Source: a virus. Taken from it: 64,000 nucleotides of DNA. Every line of letters begins with the position of its first letter. Within the stretch, counting starts at the first letter, position 1. The notes beneath the pieces were generated by a model that saw only the letters and a program-made list of their open reading frames with translations, made no database searches and was not told where the DNA came from. This document shows positions 51,176 through 59,514 of this stretch, piece after piece. The stretch covers positions 2,847-66,846 of the IMG/VR virus record IMGVR_UViG_3300047564_005375, one strand, 5' to 3'. Made by a program: the position numbers and the translations under genes.

Positions 51176-52927
51176 TGGGAATAGACCTCACCATAGAATC
51201 CAAAGCCATTTCAATTCTTGAAACATACGAGGGGGCAAACAATTATATTTTGGGTTTAAAAGATAAACTTCAGAATAATAAAAAGTTTTATCCCACCCGT
51301 AGTCAAGCTGAGTATATTGTCACCAACAAAGACAATACCCCCAAGGTTGCCAAGAAGTGGGTTATGTTGGATGCATACTTCTCCAACAAAATTGCTAACG
51401 ACAAATTCTTAATCAATGTCCCCGAGAAAATTTGGATTGAAAAGTTGTTGGCGGAGAAAGATAAGGCGTACCACATTTGGGGAAAATTCTTCGAGGGTGA
51501 TGCTTTGTCTGACATTTGGGTTCCTAAGGTATCACTTATTAAAGACAACAAAGTCGAGATTGGAGAAATCAACTACGAGAAATACGGTCACCGTCCTCCA
51601 CTTGAACACCAAAAGACCGCAATTGAGAAACTCCTCGAAAATAAAAAATACATCTTGGCTGACGATATGGGATTGGGGAAAACAACTTCAACCATCATTG
51701 CTTCTTTGGAAACAGGAGCCAAGAAAATTCTTATCATATGTCCCGCAACCCTGAAGATAAACTGGCAAAGGGAATATGAATTGTATTCAAAAAAGTCGTC
51801 TTATGTTTGTGAGGGTAAAAACTATTCTCCCGAAGCTGAGATTGTGATAATGAATTACGACATTATCAAAAACTTTCACGATACCAAAAAGAAAAGATTC
51901 AATCATTCTACAATCTAAATTTGATTTGGTAATTATCGACGAGGCACACTACATCCAAAATGTACAAGCCCAAAGAACCAAACTAATCAACGATTTGGTT
52001 AAAGATGTGGAAAGATTGTGGTTGTTGACCGGTACCCCCATGACATCACGTCCCATAAATTATTTTAATCTTTTGAGTTTGGTGGATTCACCTGTGGCGA
52101 AAAATTGGATGGCTTATGTGATTAGATATTGTTCAGGTTACCAGTTCAAAGTGGGGATAAGAAAAGTTTGGAATGTCATGGGGGCATCCAACTTGGAGGA
52201 ACTTCGTGACCGAACCTCTTCCACAGTTTTACGTAGACTGAAAGAAGATGTGTTAGACCTACCCGAAAAAATTATTACCCCTGTATATTTGAGACTTAGG
52301 TCAAAAATGTACGAAGAAGTGATGGGGGATTACTACAATTGGTACGACAAAAATCCTGATGAAAGTAAGAACCTATCTATTCAATTTACTAAACTCACGG
52401 AAGTTCGACAGGTAATTGCGAATGAAAAAACTCAACACACCATTGAACTTGCGGAAAACATTATAGAACAAGGAAAAAAAGTTATAATCTTTTGTAACTT
52501 TACGAAATCTTTGGAATCCATTTGTGAACACTTTGGAAAATCTGCTGTGAGACTTGATGGTTCTATGTCTAAAAATCAAAGACAAGAATCTGTAGACAGG
52601 TTTCAAGAAGACGAAAAAGTAAAAGTGTTTGTTGGAAATATCAAAGCCGCTGGTGTGGGTATTACCCTAACCGCAGCCGAAGCCGTTATTATGAATGACC
52701 TTTCGTTTCTTCCATCTGACCATAGTCAAAGTGAAGACCGAGCCTACCGATATGGACAAAAAAACAATGTTTTGGTTTATTACCCTATCTTCGATAACAC
52801 CATCGAGGGAATCATTTACGACATTCTCAACGCAAAAAAGAGAATCATCGGAACTGTCATGGGTGACATTCAAGACGAAACAAATGTTGTAGAAGAAATC
52901 TTAAAGAGCATCAACCAAAGGAGATAA
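51175..52927 (+). CDS. SNF2-family (HARP/SMARCAL1-like) helicase split by a frameshift at about 51886-51896
   Basis: LADDMGLGKT in ORF1; DEAH, LTGTP, GVGITLT and QSEDRAYRYGQ in ORF2; removing one base joins them. Confidence 0.85.
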
Positions 52928-52942
52928 ACTCAAGTTTCCTGT

Positions 52943-52949
52943 TATTTAT
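52943..52949 (+). promoter_or_regulatory. Putative late promoter TATTTAT (representative of 13 copies)
   Basis: Same heptamer on the sense strand 4-36 nt upstream of many structural gene starts; positions listed in findings. Confidence 0.7.
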
Positions 52950-52965
52950 AGAAAAATCTTCTAAC

Positions 52966-54489
52966 ATGGAACATCTACAAGAATCCGTGGAAAAACTCGA
53001 AAAGAGAATTATCCACGAACAGAAAAAAGAAGAGGTAAAAGTTCTTATCAAAGAAATGAAAAAAATCGGGATAGAAAAACTCCCGTATGCCTATTCAGCC
53101 TTGAAACGATTCATTGACCCAGAGACAATGAACGTTCACTACAATAAACATTACAAAGGTTACGTTGATAAACTCAACGGACTTTTATCAAAAAGAAAAG
53201 GAAGCGATGACTTGGAAAAAATTATCAAAAGTATTTCCAAGTATCCTAAAGCCGTAAGAGACAACGCAGGTGGTGCTTTCAATCACGCACTTTTTTGGAA
53301 CATGTTATCCCCAACCCCGAAAAGAGTCGGAAAGGAAATGAATAGAAAAATCAGAAAAGATTTTGGTAACTTCATTAAGTTCAAACAAGAATTTGAGAAG
53401 ATTGCTAAGGAAAGATTCGGTTCAGGTTGGGTGTGGTTGGTTCTTACCAACAAAGACACATTAAAGATTATGTCTACCCCAAACCAAGATAATCCACTAA
53501 TGAATGTAATAGAAGGCGGCGGATATCCACTTTTAGGCTTAGATTTGTGGGAACATGCGTATTACCTCAAATACAAAAACAAAAGAGACGAGTACATTAA
53601 AAACTTTTGGACTGTCGTCAATTGGGATTTTGTTGAAGGGTTATACAAAATGAAAACTGAAACACAACTATTAGAAACCAAACAAATGGGACAGTTACTC
53701 ATGGAAGGTAAATCCAACCCGTGTACTCGTGAACAGGTAGAATTCTACCGTATGTTGTTCAACGTCAACAAGACGGCAAGAAACAACTACAAGAATACCA
53801 TTATCAAAGTTCACCAAAAAGAATTTGCCGACAAGTATTACCACCAACGAGACAACGGAGAAATCCCCGGTGTCTACAATTTGGAAAAAGAGGGTCGTTC
53901 AATTATCAACTACATGAATACTAACTACTCGGTATTCTGTATTATGGTTCGTGACCTTAACATGGTTTTGGGAAATATGGGAGAACCTTTGATTGATTTC
54001 AACGACAAGACACCTTCCGAACAAATTACTGAAATGAAACGCATGTGTCGTTTCATCGAAAAATACTCAGGTCGTATTTTTGACCCAAAGAGTTCAACAT
54101 TCAAAAATATTATGTCAACTTTGGCTGAAAAAGATAAAATTGGAACTCGTAGGGAATCTACCGCTAAGGAAAAGATTATTAAGAACCTACCTGGCGTTGC
54201 AGTTATCGGAACCGCAGGAGCTGGTAAAGAAATCGATGCCGTTCAAAAAATTGACTTAAAAATTCACTTCCAAGGGCAAAACCTCACCGCTCAAGTAAAA
54301 GGGTTTGATGAACTCAAAGAGGAAGGTGACAAAATTGTGGTAACCAAACCTGGTGAAATCGACATTTACAAGGTCGATTGGATGGTTTTTGTAAAAGGTG
54401 GTCGGGTTGTTATATTCAAAAACAATCCTGAAATTGTTCTTGGTGAATATGTTTTTGACAAAAATGACCTTCTGTACAACTTAAGATAG
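52966..54489 (+). CDS. sod: Mn/Fe superoxide dismutase fused to a C-terminal domain with a PD-(D/E)XK-like motif
   Basis: LPYAYSAL, HYNKH, GGAFNHALFW, FGSGWVWL, NQDNP, DLWEHAYY; about 280 extra C-terminal residues. Confidence 0.9.
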   Translation: MEHLQESVEKLEKRIIHEQKKEEVKVLIKEMKKIGIEKLPYAYSALKRFIDPETMNVHYNKHYKGYVDKLNGLLSKRKGSDDLEKIIKSISKYPKAVRDNAGGAFNHALFWNMLSPTPKRVGKEMNRKIRKDFGNFIKFKQEFEKIAKERFGSGWVWLVLTNKDTLKIMSTPNQDNPLMNVIEGGGYPLLGLDLWEHAYYLKYKNKRDEYIKNFWTVVNWDFVEGLYKMKTETQLLETKQMGQLLMEGKSNPCTREQVEFYRMLFNVNKTARNNYKNTIIKVHQKEFADKYYHQRDNGEIPGVYNLEKEGRSIINYMNTNYSVFCIMVRDLNMVLGNMGEPLIDFNDKTPSEQITEMKRMCRFIEKYSGRIFDPKSSTFKNIMSTLAEKDKIGTRRESTAKEKIIKNLPGVAVIGTAGAGKEIDAVQKIDLKIHFQGQNLTAQVKGFDELKEEGDKIVVTKPGEIDIYKVDWMVFVKGGRVVIFKNNPEIVLGEYVFDKNDLLYNLR

Positions 54490-54507
54490 TACCGACTATT
54501 TATATGT

Positions 54508-55626
54508 ATGGCAGTAATTCCAGAACCCGAAAGAAGTAGAATTTATACTCGTCTTAAGCACCAACTTGGTGCCCCTTTACGTAGCGTTGAATTAGAGGAT
54601 GAAATGTTGGATTCCTTGATGGAACTTTCCATCGAAGATTACGAACAATACGTTCTCGATTGGTTAATTGAATCACAATGGACAAACCTTGTGAACCTCA
54701 ACATGAGTGAAAAATCAGTTGCAAATGCCCTGATTACAAGAACACTCAATTTTGAAGACCAATTCACCTATGCATATTCAAAGATTGTTGGTCTACAAAC
54801 TGTAGGACCGTGGGTATTGAAACAAGATTATTTCGTTTTAAGTGCCGGTACTCAATCTTATGAAATTCCGGCGGGTAGAGAAGTTAACGAACTTCTTTGG
54901 TTCTCAAACCAACCTTTTCAAAACTTGGCATTGTGGGGAACCACAGACTATGGTTTTGGTGGTGTTGGATTGGGAGCTAACCAAGCAGGGTACGCACAAA
55001 TTGGAACTGCCGGTTCTTACTTTATGTTGAGTGGATTCGATTATCTTTTAAGATATCAAGAAGCGAACATCCTTAACAGAATCTTAGGAGGTGAGTTAAC
55101 CTACAAAATCACAGGTCTCCCTGATGGTAAAAGGTTGATTACCCTCTACAATGCCCCAGGTAGTAACTTCTCATGGAGTAACTACTCTGAATATACAGGA
55201 AAGGCTGTATGGTATTTCTACTACGAAGTCGATGGAGACAGTAGAGCACAATGTCTAAAAGACAATCCTGACATTATTAAGTTACCTTCAGATGTTCCAC
55301 TTGAACAACTTTCTTGGGAAGATTTGAATGTTCCTGGTCAACAATGGGTTAGACGCTGGTTCACGGCTTACGCCAAAGAAACTTTAGCTCGTGTTCGTGG
55401 AAAATACAGTGGAAACTTGAAAACACCTGACAGTGAAATTATCATGGATTATCAGGTACTTCAAACTGAGGCAAAAGATGAAAAGAGTAAGTTAGAAGAA
55501 GAACTAAAATTACGTCTTGAAAGACTCCGTCCTGAAAATCAAATGAAGAAGGAAGCGGAAATTGCTGAAAACCTCAACAAACAAATGAAGTACAGAGCAA
55601 TGCCAAGACAGATTTACGTAATATAA
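54508..55626 (+). CDS. Neck protein (T4 gp13-like)
   Basis: LKHQLGAPLRSVELEDE; WVRRWFTAYAKETLARVRGKYSG. Confidence 0.8.
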   Translation: MAVIPEPERSRIYTRLKHQLGAPLRSVELEDEMLDSLMELSIEDYEQYVLDWLIESQWTNLVNLNMSEKSVANALITRTLNFEDQFTYAYSKIVGLQTVGPWVLKQDYFVLSAGTQSYEIPAGREVNELLWFSNQPFQNLALWGTTDYGFGGVGLGANQAGYAQIGTAGSYFMLSGFDYLLRYQEANILNRILGGELTYKITGLPDGKRLITLYNAPGSNFSWSNYSEYTGKAVWYFYYEVDGDSRAQCLKDNPDIIKLPSDVPLEQLSWEDLNVPGQQWVRRWFTAYAKETLARVRGKYSGNLKTPDSEIIMDYQVLQTEAKDEKSKLEEELKLRLERLRPENQMKKEAEIAENLNKQMKYRAMPRQIYVI

Positions 55627-55630
55627 TTTT

Positions 55631-55966
55631 ATGGCTGTTATTAAGAGTGTCCCCTCTCAAAGAATTTTCAACAACAAAGTAATTCACACTTCAGAAGTTG
55701 CTGTTGTATCGGAACCATTTTATGAAACACATGGAGAAGCCTGTGTTGTAATCAGAGGAATTGATAGTTCCAAAGTTAGATTGGACAGTATTTCCACTGA
55801 CCACACTGTAATCAAAGCCATGACGAAAGTTTTGATTATTCCCGATGTGGGAAAAATCGATGAAGAGTATGACGAAATTGTAATCGACAAAGGTGCGTGT
55901 GTAGAATTCCGGTTCTGTGCCGGAACTTGGTACATCATCTCCTCTGACGGACTTAAGCAGTCCTAA
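55631..55966 (+). CDS. Hypothetical beta-rich protein (111 aa)
   Basis: ORF following the neck gene. Confidence 0.65.
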   Translation: MAVIKSVPSQRIFNNKVIHTSEVAVVSEPFYETHGEACVVIRGIDSSKVRLDSISTDHTVIKAMTKVLIIPDVGKIDEEYDEIVIDKGACVEFRFCAGTWYIISSDGLKQS

Positions 55967-56240
55967 GAGGAATATTCTTCAGCTCCTTAACACTGATACT
56001 TTGTAAGTTTGTGGTACCACGTGCCATGGAAACAAACACCCCTTGGTTTGCCAAGTGCTCGAATACGTAAAACAAATAATCTGGTACTACCAAATCAGGA
56101 CGAGTAATCGTCACTCCAATATGTTCAGGTGAAAACTCACGAGTTGGTCGTCCAACTTTGTTGGCACTTCCTTTACGAATTAACCAAAAATTGGCTTCAG
56201 GGTCATTGACTTTGAGGTCAACTATGTGTTTCAGTTTCAT
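55953..56240 (-). CDS. Small protein resembling part of a type I R-M specificity subunit (HsdS TRD)
   Basis: PDYLFYVF...ARGTTNLQSISVKELKNIPL. Confidence 0.55.
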   Translation of the reverse strand: MKLKHIVDLKVNDPEANFWLIRKGSANKVGRPTREFSPEHIGVTITRPDLVVPDYLFYVFEHLANQGVFVSMARGTTNLQSISVKELKNIPLRTA

Positions 56241-59019
56241 ATTGGTAAATATACTGCTCCCATCCCTCTTCTGCCAAATCGTACATATAATTTGATGAAA
56301 GACCTCTTTTTTCCCAATATTTTACTTCACCCTCAGACATTGTCATTACTTCATCCAACTCATCTTGGTCACCAGGTCCCATAGGGTATCCGTTAATTAA
56401 CTCACACTGAGTGGCGGTAAAGATACCCATGTCTTCAGGATTATTGACTAACATACCATTTCTGACATCGTCTTTGAAACAAACCATTAGTGGTTCAATA
56501 CGTTTGTTGAAAGTAGTAACTGCCCGTGCAACATTGTAATCACCCGTCATGTCAGGATTTGCCTCCAACTCATCAGGTTCCAAAATGTAACAATTCAACT
56601 TAATGTATGAGTCAACATCTTGAAGAACCTCACCCGTCTTATCAAAGTGTCTCTTCTTTTGTAATTCGGAGTACTTCTTAGCAGGAACTTTTTGTACATC
56701 ACCGTGAGACGCTTTCTCACCGTTGTTGACGTACATAATTACGTCCCCCAAGTTCAAGTTCATCTTATGGTGAATCGCAAGTTCCATATGAGCTTGACGA
56801 GACATCAAGGAACCCGCTTTGGTGGTCTGTGTACAACGTTTCTTGTAATCATCAATGGTTTGCTTAACTTTTGCTTTTTGAGCAATCTGAGCAAGTGGAA
56901 TTTGATGGTTGTAAATCTTTTCTAAGTACTCGTAGTAGTAATCAACAAATTCTTTACCCTTACCCTCGAGTAACATCTTAATTCCTTTATCCAAGAATTT
57001 CTCAATGTAACCTGGTAGTTTTTTTGATTTAATGGAGTTACCTGTAAGTTTAATCTTCCCTTTGTAATCCATAACCGCATAGTTCTTACGAGCAAGGTTG
57101 ATACAGGACGGCCAAACCCCATCGGTGTCCAAAGCCATCTCACCCCTCATGAATATATCGTTGTATTCAGCAACATCTGCCTCGGCACCTTCATAAACTT
57201 TATCTTTCTTAACTTTCCAATTCAATCCTCGTCCTACGTACTTCCTTTCGGTTGCACCTTCAGGAAGTGAGAAGTTCACACCATCCGTGTCCATCACAAG
57301 AGGAGTGTATCCACGTGCCATAAAGAACTTAATCATCTGACGAAGATATTGACGACCTGTACAGGTAATCTGTTCACCCATATACATGTCCCCCCAAGCA
57401 TAAACCTGTGGTGCAGACAAGGCACCGAACATCGAGTTGATGAAGATTTTAATCGGAAGTTGTTTGTTGTTATAGGACGCCGCTCGTTTGGGGTCACTCT
57501 CGTAATATTTTTCTGCAAGTTCTTTGTACAAAATACGAGTATCACGGAAGTACTTCAACATTCCCTTCATTGCACCTGTCACGTCACATTGGGGGAACAC
57601 GTCATGTACCAATTGAATTGAAGGGTACAGGGACGAGAAGTCAAGTTTGAGTACATCTTTGGAATAACCCACCTTAAGTAGTCGAGACAATCCACCCACA
57701 AAGTCAGTTTTACTTTGTTTGGCGGGTATTGCTAAATTGTGTTTGTAACTCCAAGCAAGCATCAACATCTTCCAAAGAGTTGCGGTTCCCATGGTTGATA
57801 CTCTTTCGTAGGTGGTTGGAATCATTGATGCAAGGAGAAATGAACCTTGGTTGAATTCTTTATCTACTTTGAGGGTTTCATCCAAGTCATCTTGTAGGTA
57901 TCGCTCAACAATATCGGCTCCGTCTGTTAAGAGATAGGTATCAGGAAACTTTTTGTCCAAATCAACAAAGTCCCCCTTTTTACGATATTCACCATTTTTG
58001 AGGTTCAACCAATACTTTTGTTTCTCGGTATACATTTTACCGATACTATCGTGGCTGATGTAAACTCGGTCAGGTTGTTTGGCGTTGATAAACTCAGAAA
58101 TGTACTTAAGACCTGCCGACTTGATTGAGGAGTTAATTGCTTGGGCACGACGAACAGCGTGAATAATATCAATTACGTTGTATCCCCAAATCGAAGTCTG
58201 CATGAAATCCTCAACTTCGTTTGCCAACTTCAAAAGGTTCTTCTTTTGTGAAATTGAATGTTCGGGGTGAAGGGAACGAACAATCTTTCTAATATCCATT
58301 CCAAGGATTCTACAACGTTCAAAAATCCAATACCAGTCGAAGTTTGCGGAGTTGTACCCACCGATGATACTTGGTTTGATTTCATTAATGACCTTGAAGA
58401 ATTCTAAGATACCTTCCTTTTCTTGACTCTCATCAATACACTCGATGATTCGGTTGTAACCCTTATTGGTTCTCATACCAATCATGAAGATACGACCGTC
58501 CTTGGGTTCAAGAGAGGTCGTCTCCAAGTCAAATACCAACCGAGTTACATCGTCATAATCTTCATATCCTTTGAACAATCTTTTTTCTTTTGATATAAAG
58601 TACTGCTCAACGGGGGGGAGAATCAAAATCTTATCACGGGACTTCTCACCCCACGGGTCACAACCGCCCTCACGGAAAAACTGAATCAGACTTCTATAAC
58701 CTTTGAGTGACTTTACCATAAAGGTAAGTCCTTGTTCCATACGTTCATCACCATGAGTATCCAATTTGGTGATAACGATTCCATGTTTGGTCATCGCCTC
58801 CTTTTGAGCTCCCTTGGAATTGTTGTAGAAATTAAGACCACGAAGGTCTCCTACCCAACAAAAAGGGGTGAACGTATCCTTACGGATTTCCTTTCCCTTA
58901 CCAGGAATTTCTTTGATTTTATAAATTGAATCTGATACATAGTCGAATTCACACGACACTATAAATTCTTCAGGGTCGTTACCCTCCAAGAATGCTTTGA
59001 TATCCTCAGGTGTTGTCAT
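56218..59019 (-). CDS. polB: Family B DNA polymerase
   Basis: Exonuclease motifs FDLETT and GYNSANFD; polymerase motifs DFSSLYPS, KIFINSMFG, DTDG, KNYA; ATG at 59019. Confidence 0.95.
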   Translation of the reverse strand: MTTPEDIKAFLEGNDPEEFIVSCEFDYVSDSIYKIKEIPGKGKEIRKDTFTPFCWVGDLRGLNFYNNSKGAQKEAMTKHGIVITKLDTHGDERMEQGLTFMVKSLKGYRSLIQFFREGGCDPWGEKSRDKILILPPVEQYFISKEKRLFKGYEDYDDVTRLVFDLETTSLEPKDGRIFMIGMRTNKGYNRIIECIDESQEKEGILEFFKVINEIKPSIIGGYNSANFDWYWIFERCRILGMDIRKIVRSLHPEHSISQKKNLLKLANEVEDFMQTSIWGYNVIDIIHAVRRAQAINSSIKSAGLKYISEFINAKQPDRVYISHDSIGKMYTEKQKYWLNLKNGEYRKKGDFVDLDKKFPDTYLLTDGADIVERYLQDDLDETLKVDKEFNQGSFLLASMIPTTYERVSTMGTATLWKMLMLAWSYKHNLAIPAKQSKTDFVGGLSRLLKVGYSKDVLKLDFSSLYPSIQLVHDVFPQCDVTGAMKGMLKYFRDTRILYKELAEKYYESDPKRAASYNNKQLPIKIFINSMFGALSAPQVYAWGDMYMGEQITCTGRQYLRQMIKFFMARGYTPLVMDTDGVNFSLPEGATERKYVGRGLNWKVKKDKVYEGAEADVAEYNDIFMRGEMALDTDGVWPSCINLARKNYAVMDYKGKIKLTGNSIKSKKLPGYIEKFLDKGIKMLLEGKGKEFVDYYYEYLEKIYNHQIPLAQIAQKAKVKQTIDDYKKRCTQTTKAGSLMSRQAHMELAIHHKMNLNLGDVIMYVNNGEKASHGDVQKVPAKKYSELQKKRHFDKTGEVLQDVDSYIKLNCYILEPDELEANPDMTGDYNVARAVTTFNKRIEPLMVCFKDDVRNGMLVNNPEDMGIFTATQCELINGYPMGPGDQDELDEVMTMSEGEVKYWEKRGLSSNYMYDLAEEGWEQYIYQYETETHS

Positions 59020-59089
59020 AATACAGTTTTTTCCGAGTGACACATTCTCTTCCACACCATGTGGAGTTTGTCTTACTCATTCAACTGTA

Positions 59090-59118
59090 AATATAGAAAA
59101 GAATTGTTCTTTGGTCAA
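59090..59118 (-). promoter_or_regulatory. Sigma70-like promoter for polB
   Basis: TTGACC-17 nt-TATATT, the same -35 hexamer as the ssb promoter. Confidence 0.6.
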
Positions 59119-59496
59119 TTAACAACACGCAGTCTCAGAAATGAAACTGTCCTCGATATTAATATAAAGGTCCTCTCTGATAGGCATAATTAAGTTACCA
59201 TCGTTGTTCTTAACCAAGAATTGACCTGTATATCTTCCCGGTGTGTTTGTATCTCTTGAGGTGAACCTGTAGTAGATGTAATACTCTGTTGGAGCACCAT
59301 CTGCCAATATTAAACTAACAATATAACAAGGCGCGGAAACAATTTTCGGAATACCTGTCGCGGTGTTTATCATAGAAAAATAAATGGTGGCACTCTCTAA
59401 CGACTCCATTATTTCTAAGTAACCCGTTCTACCATCTTGAACAACCTGCATTTTCAAAACAGGTAATGTTGCGTTTTTTCTGATAAAAAATTCCAT
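59119..59496 (-). CDS. BppU-like immunoglobulin-fold baseplate/fibre protein
   Basis: FFIRKNATLPVL...IYYRFTSRDTNTPGRYTGQF; TATTTAT upstream. Confidence 0.55.
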   Translation of the reverse strand: MEFFIRKNATLPVLKMQVVQDGRTGYLEIMESLESATIYFSMINTATGIPKIVSAPCYIVSLILADGAPTEYYIYYRFTSRDTNTPGRYTGQFLVKNNDGNLIMPIREDLYINIEDSFISETACC

Positions 59497-59514
59497 ACAA
59501 AGATAAATACTTTG

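Noticed and set aside
50798-59019. Eukaryotic giant-virus origin suggested by SET, SNF2, SOD and PolB
   Set aside because: Sheath, tube, baseplate and neck genes, DnaB, coupled operons and intrinsic terminators show a bacteriophage.
59026-59034. A AAA AAC slippery heptamer just upstream of the polB ATG
   Set aside because: It is not in the right phase for a -1 shift from the mini-ORF, and polB has its own ATG.
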